Assembly (NCBI GenBank): GCA_965224085.1
Contig: CBDCYI010000011.1
Coordinates: 160,001 to 224,000, forward strand
DNA length: 64,000 nucleotides
DNA from: Candidatus Marinacidobacterales bacterium
Lineage (GTDB): Bacteria; Acidobacteriota; Vicinamibacteria; Marinacidobacterales; SMYC01
Reading direction: 5' to 3'
Of the stretch, positions 1 through 9,939 are shown one piece after another. Position 1 is the stretch's first letter. Each line of letters starts with the position of its first letter. The position numbers and the translations under genes are program-made. The notes below the pieces were generated by a model. That model ran no database searches. It was given only the letters and a program-made list of their open reading frames with translations, and was not told the origin of the DNA.

Positions 1-2475
1 CACGTTCTGCTTGAAGGCTTTCTCATCGCCGCCGTCGACTGCTTCGTGCGGAAAGCGGCGTCACGGCTGCGGCTTCGTCAGAGATTCGTCGAGACCGATG
101 GCGAGCAATTTGCGTCCTCTCTGCTCGAAGATGACATTACCTTCGATGACGACACGGTGGAGATGCTCCGCGACGAGCTTGCGACCTGGAAGGCGCAGTT
201 CGACGACCACGAGGAAGCGCCGTTTCGTATCGCGTTCCGTCTCGAACCCCCGCCCCCGCCGGATTCCGATAGCGAGGAGGACGCTCGAGACGATACGGGA
301 CCTTGGAAGCTCCGCTTTTTCCTTCAAGCTCTCGATGACGAGAGCCTTCTCGTTCCGCTCGCGCGGGTCTGGGAGCACGGCGGTACCTCGTGGCGCTATC
401 TCGAGCGACGGCTCGAGCGCCCGCACGAGATGGTGCTCGAAGCGCTCGGCCGGGCGGCGGCACTCTTTGCTCCCATCGAAGAAAGCTTGAAAGAGTCGCG
501 CCCCGAGTCCTGTTTTTTGGATTCGGATCAAGCCTACGCGTTTCTCCAGGAAGGCGCGTTCCTCCTTCGCGAGAGCGGCTACGGCGTGCTCGTTCCGTCC
601 TGGTGGGGCAAGCGTGAGCACGGCATTGGACTGAGCCTTCGCGTTGCGCCGCGTTCGCACGGCCCGAGAAGCGTGATGAGCCGTCTCGGGCTCGAAGCCC
701 TCGTCGAGTTCGACTGGCAAGTCGCGCTCGGCGGCGATAGCTTGAGCCGCGAAGAGTTTCTCGAGCTCGCCGACATGAAAAAGCCACTTGTTCGCGTGCG
801 AGGTCAATGGATCGAGCTATCCCCCGCGAGAGTTCAGGAAATCCTTGGCGCGATCGAATCGCGTCCAAAGATACCGGAGCTTTCGCTCGGCGACGTCTTT
901 CAGCTGAAGCTCGGCCGCCTCGGTGACCAGCGGCTTCCCGTGACGGACTTGAAGGCGACCGGCTGGGTCGAGGCGGTTCTCTCGCAGCTTTCGGGAAGTG
1001 AAGCCCTTCCCGAGGTCGAGCAGCCGGCCACGTTTCACGGGCAACTCCGCCCCTATCAGGTCCAAGGTTTGTCCTGGCTCGAGTTTCTCGGCCAATTCCG
1101 TCTCGGCGCCTGTCTCGCCGACGATATGGGTCTCGGCAAAACGATCCAGGTGCTCGCGCTCTTGCTGCGGATTCAGGAAAGGGGCGAGCTCGAGCGCCCG
1201 TTCCTTCTCATCTGTCCGACTTCGGTTGTGGGTAACTGGAGAAAGGAAGCGGAGCGTTTCTCGCCGAGCTTACGCGTGCTCGTACATCACGGTTTGGACC
1301 GACACGAAGGCGAAACTTTCGAGCGGGAAGCGAAGCGGCACGATCTCGTCGTCTCCACCTATAGCCTCGTTCATCGGGATCTCACTCAACTCCAAGCGAT
1401 CGCGTGGGATGGTCTCGTGCTCGACGAAGCGCAGAATATCAAGAACCCTCAAGCGAAGCAGACCCGCGCTTTGAGAAAGCTCGCAGCGCCGCGCCGTCTC
1501 GCACTTACGGGAACTCCGGTCGAGAATCGTTTGCAAGAGCTCTGGTCGATCATGGAGTTTTTGAACCCCGGCTATCTCGGTGCCGAAGCTTCTTTTCGGC
1601 GGCGCTACGCGCTTCCAATCGAGCGCTATCGTGATAGCGCCGCGACGGAAGAGCTACGCCGCCTCGTCGAGCCTTTCCTGCTTCGACGTGTCAAAACCGA
1701 TCCTAGCGTCATCCGGGATCTTCCGTCGAAGAACGAGATGAAGGTCTATTGCACGCTGACCCAGGAGCAAGGCACGCTCTACCAAGCGATGGTCCAAGAC
1801 AGCTTGGAGCGCATCGAATCTTCCGAGGGAATTGGCCGGAAAGGAGAAGTGCTCGCGGCGCTCACCCGGCTCAAACAGATCTGCAACCACCCAGCGCACT
1901 TTCTCGCGGACGGCAGCTCACTCTCCGCCCGCTCGGGAAAGCTCACGCGCCTGACGGAGATGCTCGAGGAAGTGCTAGCCGAAGGCGATCGCGCGCTCGT
2001 GTTCACGCAATATGCGGAGATGGGGAAGCTCATCGAGCGGCACTTGCGCGACAAACTCTCCGTCGACCTGGCTTTTCTCCACGGCGGCGTGCCATCGCAG
2101 CAGCGCGAGGCGATGATCACCGAGTTTCAAGAAAGGGATGACGGTCCGCCGATTTTTGTGCTCTCGCTCAAGGCGGGCGGCTTTGGTTTGAACTTGACGC
2201 AAGCGCGACATGTCTTTCACTTCGATCGGTGGTGGAATCCGGCGGTGGAGGACCAAGCGACCGATCGCGCGTTTCGCATCGGCCAGACGCGTTCCGTGGC
2301 GGTCTACAAGTTCATTTGCGCGGGCACGATCGAAGAACGCGTGGACGAGCTCGCCGAGCGTAAAAAAGAGCTCGCGGAAGCCGTCATCCAGCCTGGACAA
2401 GGCTCGCTTACCGAGCTCACGACGGAAAGCCTGCGCGATCTCTTCGAGCTGCGCGCAGAAGCTATCGAGTCCTGA
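1..2475 (+). CDS. SNF2/SWI2-family helicase (5' end lies outside the window)
   Basis: Frame is open from base 1; motifs LADDMGLGKT, LDEAQ, LTGTPVEN, FDRWWNP, QATDRAFRIGQ. Confidence 0.95.
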   Translation, partial: HVLLEGFLIAAVDCFVRKAASRLRLRQRFVETDGEQFASSLLEDDITFDDDTVEMLRDELATWKAQFDDHEEAPFRIAFRLEPPPPPDSDSEEDARDDTGPWKLRFFLQALDDESLLVPLARVWEHGGTSWRYLERRLERPHEMVLEALGRAAALFAPIEESLKESRPESCFLDSDQAYAFLQEGAFLLRESGYGVLVPSWWGKREHGIGLSLRVAPRSHGPRSVMSRLGLEALVEFDWQVALGGDSLSREEFLELADMKKPLVRVRGQWIELSPARVQEILGAIESRPKIPELSLGDVFQLKLGRLGDQRLPVTDLKATGWVEAVLSQLSGSEALPEVEQPATFHGQLRPYQVQGLSWLEFLGQFRLGACLADDMGLGKTIQVLALLLRIQERGELERPFLLICPTSVVGNWRKEAERFSPSLRVLVHHGLDRHEGETFEREAKRHDLVVSTYSLVHRDLTQLQAIAWDGLVLDEAQNIKNPQAKQTRALRKLAAPRRLALTGTPVENRLQELWSIMEFLNPGYLGAEASFRRRYALPIERYRDSAATEELRRLVEPFLLRRVKTDPSVIRDLPSKNEMKVYCTLTQEQGTLYQAMVQDSLERIESSEGIGRKGEVLAALTRLKQICNHPAHFLADGSSLSARSGKLTRLTEMLEEVLAEGDRALVFTQYAEMGKLIERHLRDKLSVDLAFLHGGVPSQQREAMITEFQERDDGPPIFVLSLKAGGFGLNLTQARHVFHFDRWWNPAVEDQATDRAFRIGQTRSVAVYKFICAGTIEERVDELAERKKELAEAVIQPGQGSLTELTTESLRDLFELRAEAIES

Positions 2476-2477
2476 AC

Positions 2478-3296
2478 ATGGCCAGATCAGAGACACCCGA
2501 CGAAGAACGCCGCTGGTGGTCGGAGCGTTGGTGGTCCGTCATGGAGTCGATTGGCGTCGCGCGCCGACTCGAGCGTGGTAAGCGCTACGCGCGAGCCGAG
2601 CGCCTGCTCTCGCTCGAGTTCAACGCGGGCCGTGTCCGTGCCGAAGTGCAGGGCTCGCGCTACCATCCCTACTTCGTCGAAATTTCGATCGACCCCTTCT
2701 CGGACGAGAAGTGGCACGAGGCTGTCAGGGAACTCGCGACCCAGGCGCTCTTTTCGGCAAAGCTTCTCTCCGGGGAGATGCCGGAGAACATCGAAGACGT
2801 TTTTGCCAGCGTGGGTGTGTCCTTGTTCCCGACATCAGCGAACGAGCTCACGATGTCGTGCAGTTGTCCGGATGACGTCGTGCCGTGTAAACACATCGTG
2901 GCCGTCCATTTTGTGCTCGCGGAAAAGTTCGATGCCGATCCGTTCTTGTTGTTTCGCTGGAGAGGCCTGAGTCGCGAACAGCTTCTCCGCCAGCTCCGCC
3001 AGCGACGCGCGGCGGAGGCCGCAGGCCGCACGCTCGATCACTCGACCGAGCGCACGCTCGAGGAATCGATCGATGATTTCTGGAAGCTCGGAGAAAGTTT
3101 CGATTCGTTGTCGATTTCGGTCGGCCCTCCAGCGGTCACGGCATCGCTCCTCAAACGACTCGGCGTGCCGCCGTTTTGGAAACCTCATCCAGAGATCCGA
3201 GGTTCGCTCGAGAGGCTCTATTCCAAAGTGACGGAGCGCGCGATGGCGCTCGCGTATAGCGGCCGTGCCACCAAAGACGCGGACGACGACGGCTAG
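2478..3296 (+). CDS. SWIM zinc-finger protein, partner of the SNF2 helicase
   Basis: CSCPD..PCKH SWIM motif; RLERGKRYAR; starts 2 nt after the SNF2 stop. Confidence 0.9.
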   Translation: MARSETPDEERRWWSERWWSVMESIGVARRLERGKRYARAERLLSLEFNAGRVRAEVQGSRYHPYFVEISIDPFSDEKWHEAVRELATQALFSAKLLSGEMPENIEDVFASVGVSLFPTSANELTMSCSCPDDVVPCKHIVAVHFVLAEKFDADPFLLFRWRGLSREQLLRQLRQRRAAEAAGRTLDHSTERTLEESIDDFWKLGESFDSLSISVGPPAVTASLLKRLGVPPFWKPHPEIRGSLERLYSKVTERAMALAYSGRATKDADDDG

Positions 3297-5298
3297 CCCA
3301 TGTTTACCCTTTATGGGCACCCTAACGCTCGTAAGTGACTGAATTCAAAGGAACGGGGGTTGAATTTGCCCAAAACGTAGAGACAGATATTGTGCTTTGA
3401 GCGCCATTAATACGTTGTAATCGTGGACAATGATATGTAGTATGCGTGAGGACAGGTTATGTTCTTCCGCATCGTTCGGGCCGCAGGCGGCAAAGGGGTT
3501 CAACATGAGTATGTCCGCCTGGTCGAGTCGTATCGGGAGCACGGCAAGCCGAAGCAACGCGTAGTGTGCAACTTGGGGCGCAAGGATCTCCTAGTTGCCA
3601 ATCTCGACTCCCTCAATCGGTTGCTTGGGGCCGGTGAACCGGCCGACACCGAGCGAGCAGCCGAGCAGATCGCGGGGGCAGACGCGTGGGATTGGGGTCC
3701 GATGGTGGTGACGGCGACGCTGTGGCGCGAGCTCGGACTGGAGCAGATTCTCGACCGGCTCGGAGGCCGCGGCAAGCGCGACGGAGTGGCGCTAAGCGAG
3801 CGAGCTTTGGTGCTGGTCGCCAACCGGCTATGTGCTCCGTCAAGCGAGCACGGTCTGGCGCGCTGGCTCGAGACCGACTTCGTCTGCGACCGGCAGGGGC
3901 GGCGGTGGGTGCCGCAGTGGCGCGATGATGGGGAGCGGCGAGCGAGTCGCTCCCCGCGGGTTCGCGTGGAGTTTTGCCAACTCAAGCAATGGTACCGAAC
4001 GCTCGACCAGCTGCATGCCCGCAAAGAACAGATCGAGAAAGAGCTGTTTTTGCGCTTGCGGGATCTGTTTTCGCTTGAGGTTGACATGGTGTTTTACGAC
4101 CTGACGTCGACGTACTTCGAAGGTCAAGGCCCTCCGGGGCTCGGCGCCCACGGCTACAGTCGCGACCGCAGACCGCGTAACCGGCAAGTGCTTGTCGGTC
4201 TGGTGATGGTGGACGGTTGGCCGATCGCCCACCATGTTTTCGCCGGCAACTGGCGTGACGCGAAAACGGTGCCGCAGGTGCTCAACGATCTCAACGAACG
4301 ATTCGGTTTGCACCGCGTGGTTTTTGTCGGCGACCGAGGGATGGTAACGAGCGACAGCCTGGCGGTGGTGCGCTCGCGCAAGCAGGGCTATCTCGTCGGG
4401 CTGCAAAGACGACGGCGCGAGGAGGTCTATCGTTACATCGAGCGCGCCAGCGGAGAGTGGATCGACTGCCCTGGTGGCATCACGGTGAGCGAAAAAGCCG
4501 AGCCACCTAAGACTCGTGTGCAAGAAGTCCGCTCCGAGCAGTCTGGCGTGCGCATCTTCGTCGTTCACAGCGACGAAAGGCTCGCCTACGAGCGCGGGCA
4601 GAGGCTGCGGGCCATGGGACGTGCCCGTGCGGCATTCGAGGCCCTTGAGCGCCGCGTGCGCGAGGGACGATTGAAAGCCCCCGAGAAAATCGGTGCCGCC
4701 GCCGCGCGCATACAGGCACGCCACCACGGTCACCGTTACTACGACTGGGAGTACAAAAACGCTCGCTTCCGCTTCTTCGAGCACCCGGTCAACCTCAAGC
4801 GCGAGCAAGCCTACGAGGGTAAGTACGTTATTCAAACCGAGGAGCAAAACCTCTCTCCGGTCGACGCCGTGCGCCTTTACAAGGACCTAAACGAGGTCGA
4901 GCGAGCCTTCTCATGCCTTAAGGATGTCATTGAGATGCGTCCCGTTTACCACCAGACCGATGAGCGTGTGGGGGCACATCTTTTCGTAGCTACGCTGGCC
5001 TTCCTTGTGCATCGGGCTCTTGAGAAAAAGCTCAAGGTCGCCGAACTCGACCTGTCCGCAACCGAGGCACTACAAGCGCTACGCTCGGTCCGGCTCGTCG
5101 ACTTACAGCTGGGTTCTGGGCGGACCAAGCGCGTCGTCACGCGCGGCACCGCTCGCGCCAACTCGATCCTGACTGCACTCGGAATCGTTGAACGCGACCC
5201 GCCAGCCTTCTCCGAGGAGGTGCTGTCAGCGTAGAGACAAACCGCGGATCTCAGTCCTTTGTTTATGATGACTTAGAGACCTAAAAGGGAAACATGGG
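3297..5298 (+). mobile_element. IS1634-family insertion sequence
   Basis: TIRs cccatgtttaccctttt-like (3297) and aaaagggaaacatggg (ending 5298); CTAG direct repeats at 3293-3296 and 5299-5302. Confidence 0.9.
3459..5234 (+). CDS. IS1634-family DDE transposase
   Basis: YVRLVESYR..GKPKQR, FYDLTSTYFEG, GYSRD, VFVGDRGM, VERAF..LK, MRPVYH. Confidence 0.93.
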   Translation: MFFRIVRAAGGKGVQHEYVRLVESYREHGKPKQRVVCNLGRKDLLVANLDSLNRLLGAGEPADTERAAEQIAGADAWDWGPMVVTATLWRELGLEQILDRLGGRGKRDGVALSERALVLVANRLCAPSSEHGLARWLETDFVCDRQGRRWVPQWRDDGERRASRSPRVRVEFCQLKQWYRTLDQLHARKEQIEKELFLRLRDLFSLEVDMVFYDLTSTYFEGQGPPGLGAHGYSRDRRPRNRQVLVGLVMVDGWPIAHHVFAGNWRDAKTVPQVLNDLNERFGLHRVVFVGDRGMVTSDSLAVVRSRKQGYLVGLQRRRREEVYRYIERASGEWIDCPGGITVSEKAEPPKTRVQEVRSEQSGVRIFVVHSDERLAYERGQRLRAMGRARAAFEALERRVREGRLKAPEKIGAAAARIQARHHGHRYYDWEYKNARFRFFEHPVNLKREQAYEGKYVIQTEEQNLSPVDAVRLYKDLNEVERAFSCLKDVIEMRPVYHQTDERVGAHLFVATLAFLVHRALEKKLKVAELDLSATEALQALRSVRLVDLQLGSGRTKRVVTRGTARANSILTALGIVERDPPAFSEEVLSA

Positions 5299-5302
5299 CT
5301 AG

Positions 5303-5459
5303 TCCCCTGGAACAGAGATTCGTAACCTAAATCTCGGGCCCTTTTGCGCGCTGGCTGCGTTGTTTCTCCTCGAAATATCCCAATATGACTTCGTCGTCAC
5401 GCCTTGCCAGCCCACAAAATGACCTCGAGCTTTAGGCCACGAACCTCTGTTCCAGGGGA
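5303..5459. mobile_element. Non-autonomous MITE-like palindromic element
   Basis: About 50-bp imperfect terminal inverted repeats (tcccctggaacagag.ttcgt..cctaaa.ctcg); CTAG on both sides; no ORF. Confidence 0.8.
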
Positions 5460-6122
5460 CTAGTAGTACTCGTACTCGATGCGTTCTTTCGCCCGGAGCG
5501 CGTCCTTGCGCTTGGTGAAATAGGCGAGTGCTGCGCCTACGCCCACGATAAAGCCGATGAGGTGTGTGCGGTAGCTGATCGCAGGCTCGACCGCGGTTGG
5601 GACGAGAACGATGAGGCCGAAACCCACGGCGCGCGCGATGCGCTTTTTCAGCGGGATGCGCCGCTCGACGAGCAAGTAGAGCGTGAGCCAGAAGCCAGCC
5701 ATCAAATAAACGACCCCCGAAGCACCGAGAAGCCAGGACTCGGCGGGGTATGTGCTAAGCGAGATGCCCGTGACGAGAGCGCCGAGCACCCACGTGAGCG
5801 CCGGATAGGCGATCGGCCCGTAGTAGCCGTATATCAAGAAGGCTAGGACGCCGAGAACGACCGCGTTCGACAGGAAATGTGCCCAGTCGGAATGCACGAG
5901 AAGCGATGTCACGAGCCTCCAATACTCGCCGTGGAAAAAGACGGATTCCCCGCTCGCGGGCAGGAGCGAGGCGGCGCCGAATGAGTCGCTCCAGTAGATC
6001 ACGGAAGCTACGAAGAGGAGGAGCACGCTCCCTAGAGCCACCAAAAAGCTCTTGGGCGCAGGCTTTCTGGACAAATGCGTCGCCTTGATCACGCGTTCGC
6101 GTTCGATGTCCCAAGCGTCCAT
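5460..6122 (-). CDS. Rhomboid-family intramembrane serine protease
   Basis: EYWRL, HFLSN, GASG catalytic Ser, HLIG catalytic His; several TM helices. Confidence 0.9.
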   Translation of the reverse strand: MDAWDIERERVIKATHLSRKPAPKSFLVALGSVLLLFVASVIYWSDSFGAASLLPASGESVFFHGEYWRLVTSLLVHSDWAHFLSNAVVLGVLAFLIYGYYGPIAYPALTWVLGALVTGISLSTYPAESWLLGASGVVYLMAGFWLTLYLLVERRIPLKKRIARAVGFGLIVLVPTAVEPAISYRTHLIGFIVGVGAALAYFTKRKDALRAKERIEYEYY

Positions 6123-6465
6123 AGCTACCGTGCTAACAAGAAGCCTAGCACTCCCGCTCTCGCTGGACTAGAATCACGCTTTGGTGAGCGCCTGACTTGT
6201 ACTCGAAGATGGACGTGTTTCGAAGGGCGTGTCTATCGGGGGGGGGCCTCAGGAGAGGTCGCCTTCCACACCGGACTCACCGGCTAATTCTAAATCCTAC
6301 CGACTCTTCTTTTTGCGGCTGCTCTTTGTTGGTCGCGACCCTCACGGGCGCCGACGCGACAGTTGCGGGGATGGAAGCGTTAAAGTGCGGAGGCGCTCGG
6401 CCTCGAAATTTGCAGTCCACGCACCCAGCGAAAATGCTGGTTATGACGGGAGTTGAAACAAAGGA

Positions 6466-6918
6466 ATGACAAAAGATCTGGCTCTATTCGTGCTGCGTCT
6501 ATCTGGTTTTGGTCTCGCCTTCGCGCATGGCTGGCAAAAGATCGCCATGCTCAGCTCGGGCGGTGGGGATCGTTTTGTGGCCGGTGTGGAGGCTCTCGGC
6601 TTTCCCCTTCCGCTAGCCTTTGCGTGGGCGGCAGGGCTCGCGGAGTTCGTGGGTGGGCTTGCGATAGCACTCGGCATCGGCACGCGCATCGCGGCCGGCT
6701 TCGCCGCTTTCACGATGTTCGTCGCTGCGATGTTCCGCCACCACTTGCCACAGCACATTCTCATTTGGCTGGGTGTTACGAGCGCGCCTGAAGACGTTGT
6801 CGCGAGCTGGGGCAACCCCGAGCGTGCGGCGAGCTACATGCTCATCTTTATGGCGCTCGTGCTCCTGGGAGGCGGCCGCTTCTCGCTCGATCGTTTCGTG
6901 AAACGCAACAAGAAGTGA
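6466..6918 (+). CDS. DoxX-family membrane protein
   Basis: LFVLR..G..FAHGWQK, AEFVGG, GGGRFSLD; RBS aagga. Confidence 0.9.
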   Translation: MTKDLALFVLRLSGFGLAFAHGWQKIAMLSSGGGDRFVAGVEALGFPLPLAFAWAAGLAEFVGGLAIALGIGTRIAAGFAAFTMFVAAMFRHHLPQHILIWLGVTSAPEDVVASWGNPERAASYMLIFMALVLLGGGRFSLDRFVKRNKK

Positions 6919-6922
6919 CGCC

Positions 6923-7140
6923 CTATTCGTAGTGTTTGCTCTCTTCCCACGCTTTTTTGAACTCGCCGGCGGTGAGGGTGGGATCGCGAGCGATGCGGAT
7001 CGGCATGTTGTTCCGCCAATTCATACAGTACTGACACTCGTAGGTCGCGACGTCACTCACGTCGGCAAAGCTGTGCTCGAGTGCTTCTCGGTCCCATCCG
7101 ACCGCGATCACGACGCTGTCCGCGAGCTGCGGAGCGATCG
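6923..7140 (-). pseudogene. C-terminal fragment resembling GT39/ArnT-like glycosyltransferases
   Basis: ...YCMNWRNNMPIRIARDP...W...KHYE* tail; no N-terminus. Confidence 0.4.
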
Positions 7141-7145
7141 CGCGC

Positions 7146-7280
7146 CCTGAGCGCTTCTTCGTAAGCAGGCCATCCCGCATTGACCCGCTCGTCGAGTCCC
7201 GCATATTGCAGTAGGAGCGGTGCCTGGATCTTCGGCGCGTCCTCGGTTGCGGCTTGCCTGCCGTAAAAAGGCACCGCGGC
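7146..7280 (-). pseudogene. Internal fragment of a dienelactone hydrolase (YghX-like)
   Basis: AAVPFYGRQ...[28 protein letters not shown]. Confidence 0.7.
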
Positions 7281-7426
7281 GATGGCGTCCCGAAGCGCGA
7301 ACATGGCTTCTCCGCGCGAGCCGAGATTGCGCACCGTCGTGAAACCCGCCATCAGCGTGCGCTTTGCGTACATCGCCGCGCGCAACGAAGCATGCACGTT
7401 GCTCTTAGTGTCTCACTCGGGGATGG

Positions 7427-7983
7427 TTGAAACCCCTCGCCTTCAGGCGAAGCCTTTAGGAGGCTTGCGGTACGATCCCCGGATGAAAGGATATCGGAAA
7501 TCATCGCACACGACGTATCAATTAAACTACCATTTCGTATTCATCCCGAAGTACCGCAAGCCGGTATTGAGAGGAGATGTAGCACTTCGCCTGCGGGAGT
7601 TGATTAAGAGAGATCTGTGCGACGCACCACATAGAAATACTGAAGGGCCATGTACGGCCAGAGCACGTTCATCTGTTGCTGAGCGTGCCGCCACGGCTGT
7701 CGCCGAGCCGAGTAATGCAGGCGATCAAGGGGAAGACATCGCACAAGCTGATGCGTGATTTTCGAGCGATCCGCAAGAAGTTTTGGGGTCGGCACCTGTG
7801 GGCGCGCGGCTATTTTGTAGCGACGAGCGGAAACGTGACCGATGAGGTTGTGGCCAAGTACATCGAGCTGCAAGGAGAGCTGCCGGAAGACGACGAGTCG
7901 TTCAGGGTAAGCGAGTAATCCTCCGCCGTGCGCCTTTAGGCGACTTTAGTCGCCCGCGAACCCATCGCCTTTAGGCGATGGAG
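7427..7983 (+). mobile_element. IS200/IS605-family element (tnpA only); ends approximate
   Basis: Subterminal hairpins tcgccttcaggcga and ccatcgcctttaggcgatgg flanking a Y1 transposase. Confidence 0.85.
7483..7918 (+). pseudogene. tnpA: IS200 Y1 (HUH) transposase with a frameshift near 7605
   Basis: YHFVFIPKYRK in one frame; EHVHLL, IKGKTS, LWARGYFVATSG, KYIE.Q in the next. Confidence 0.85.
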
Positions 7984-8553
7984 CGCACCCGCTCAGTGAT
8001 GCGCTCGTTGCGCGAGTTGTCTCCGGATTGCCCCGTCAAGTGCACATGAGGTCGATGAAGCCAGCCATCACGAACAGATTCGAAAGGTCGATGAGCACCG
8101 TTTCTTCGCCCGGAAGGGAAGAGATGAAGCTGTCGCGGGTCTCGGCGATCTTTCCGTCACGGATCACGAGCGTTCGCTCCGCGACCGGATCGCTTCCCGG
8201 GACGGCGAGCAGGGTCCCTGCCTGGACGAGGATCGTTTCGGAAACCGCCGGGGCGCTAAAAGCGAACGCGACCAGGAAAGCAAGAAAGACTGTCATCATG
8301 GCGCGATCCAAACACACTTGGCGTGTGTTTGGGAGCGCTAATACTCGTAGCGGCTGTTTCGCAAGTCGAACCAAAGCGCGGATGCCGAACTATCGCTTTT
8401 GATTAGAAGTGGGCGATTGCCGTCATCCTCTTCGACGACCCCGAACGCGTTGCGGCGCGTGCTGAGCATCCTTTCGCTCCAGACGTCCCGCCAGCCGTCT
8501 TGGAACTCACCGAGAAGGCGCTCCGACGCATCGGTCGTGGCAACGAGCCACGG

Positions 8554-9933
8554 TCAGGCCTCGTCGAGACCGTGTTTCTTGAGAAGGTGCCGTAGCTGGT
8601 GGTAGCGGAGGCCGAGGCTGCGGGCGGCCTGGGCTCGGTTGCCCTTCGCGGTGCGGAGCGCGTCCGCGAGGAGCTGGCGCTCGAACGCCGTGACTTTGTC
8701 GTTGAACGTGCCGCCCATCGCGTGGAAGCGGTGGTCGCCGAGAAGGCCGATATCTTCTGGGGTGAGTTCGTTCGTCGTGTCGCGATAAACGGCGCGCTCG
8801 ATGATGTTCTTGAGCTCGCGCACGTTTCCGGGAAAGCCGTAGCTGTAAAGAAGATCGATAGCAGTTTGCGAGAGACGCTTTCCCGCGAACGCGGGTACTT
8901 CTTTCATGAACTGGTTGAGAAAGAACTGAGCGAGGATCTCGATCTCGCCTTCCCGTTCGCGTAGCGGCGGCACTTGGATCTCCTCGAACACGAGCCGATC
9001 GTAGAGGTCGTGAAGGAACTGACCTTTGCGCATCTTCTCTTTTAGGTCCGCATTCGTGGCGGCGATGATTCTTGTTTTAATTTGAATCTCTTCCTTGCCG
9101 CCCACGCGCGTGAAGCGGCGGTACTCGACGACGCGCAGAATCTTCTGCTGGAACGGAAGCGACATGTTGCCGATCTCGTCGAGAAAGAGCGTGCCGCCCG
9201 ACGCTTGCTCGAACTTGCCTTCGGTGGCGTGTGCCGCACCGGTGAAAGCACCTTTCTCGTGTCCGAAAAGCTCGCTTTCGAGAAGCGTATGCGGGAGCGC
9301 GGCGCAGTTCACGGCGACGAAGGGACCTTCGGAAAAACTTCCTTCGCGATGGATGGCGCGTGCGACGAGCTCTTTTCCCGTCCCTCGTTCACCCGCGACG
9401 AGAACGGGGCGTGGGACTTTGGCGACCCGTTCGATGCGGCGCAGCACTTCGGTCATCTGCGGCGACTCGCCTACGATGTGATAGCGGCTATCTTCCGCCT
9501 TGTGCAGGCGCGCTGTTTCCTGCTCGAGCGTTTTGGTCTGCTCCATCCATTGCCTCAGCCCAGAGAGCTTGTGGAGGAGCGTTTCGACCCGTGGCGCGAG
9601 CGGCGGGGTCCGCACGAGAAAGTCGGTGGCCCCTTTCTGAATCGCGTCGGCAACAGCCGCCACGCTGCCCGATTCGGAAACCGCGACGATGGGCACGCGG
9701 TCGTGGCGTTTGGCGAGCCGCTTGAGGACCGCGGCGCCGTCTTCGTTCCCATCACCGAGGCAGTAGTCGACAACGACGAGCTCCGGCGTCCGGCGCGCCA
9801 TGTGGCTCGCCAAGCTTCTTGCGCTTTCGACGATGGCGATGGTGCTCCCTTCGCCGAGGGTTTCGTGAAACGCCGCGGCGAGATCGTGTAGCTCACCCGA
9901 CGGTGGATTCAAAACAAGTACCGTGTCGATCAT
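8554..9933 (-). CDS. Sigma-54-dependent activator (REC-like + PspF-like AAA+ + HTH)
   Basis: GERGTGKE, ESELFGHEKGAFTGA, LFLDEIG, DLYDRLVFE, PGNVRELKNIIERAVYR, LGLRYHQLRHLLKKH. Confidence 0.93.
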   Translation of the reverse strand: MIDTVLVLNPPSGELHDLAAAFHETLGEGSTIAIVESARSLASHMARRTPELVVVDYCLGDGNEDGAAVLKRLAKRHDRVPIVAVSESGSVAAVADAIQKGATDFLVRTPPLAPRVETLLHKLSGLRQWMEQTKTLEQETARLHKAEDSRYHIVGESPQMTEVLRRIERVAKVPRPVLVAGERGTGKELVARAIHREGSFSEGPFVAVNCAALPHTLLESELFGHEKGAFTGAAHATEGKFEQASGGTLFLDEIGNMSLPFQQKILRVVEYRRFTRVGGKEEIQIKTRIIAATNADLKEKMRKGQFLHDLYDRLVFEEIQVPPLREREGEIEILAQFFLNQFMKEVPAFAGKRLSQTAIDLLYSYGFPGNVRELKNIIERAVYRDTTNELTPEDIGLLGDHRFHAMGGTFNDKVTAFERQLLADALRTAKGNRAQAARSLGLRYHQLRHLLKKHGLDEA

Positions 9934-9939
9934 CTGGAG

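Larger units (their letters stand above)
7281..8299 (-). pseudogene. Secreted amidohydrolase, interrupted by IS200 and 3'-truncated
   Basis: Signal peptide, LVIRDGKI, DLS..VMAGFID upstream of the IS; [14 protein letters not shown]...LRDAI downstream. Confidence 0.75.
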
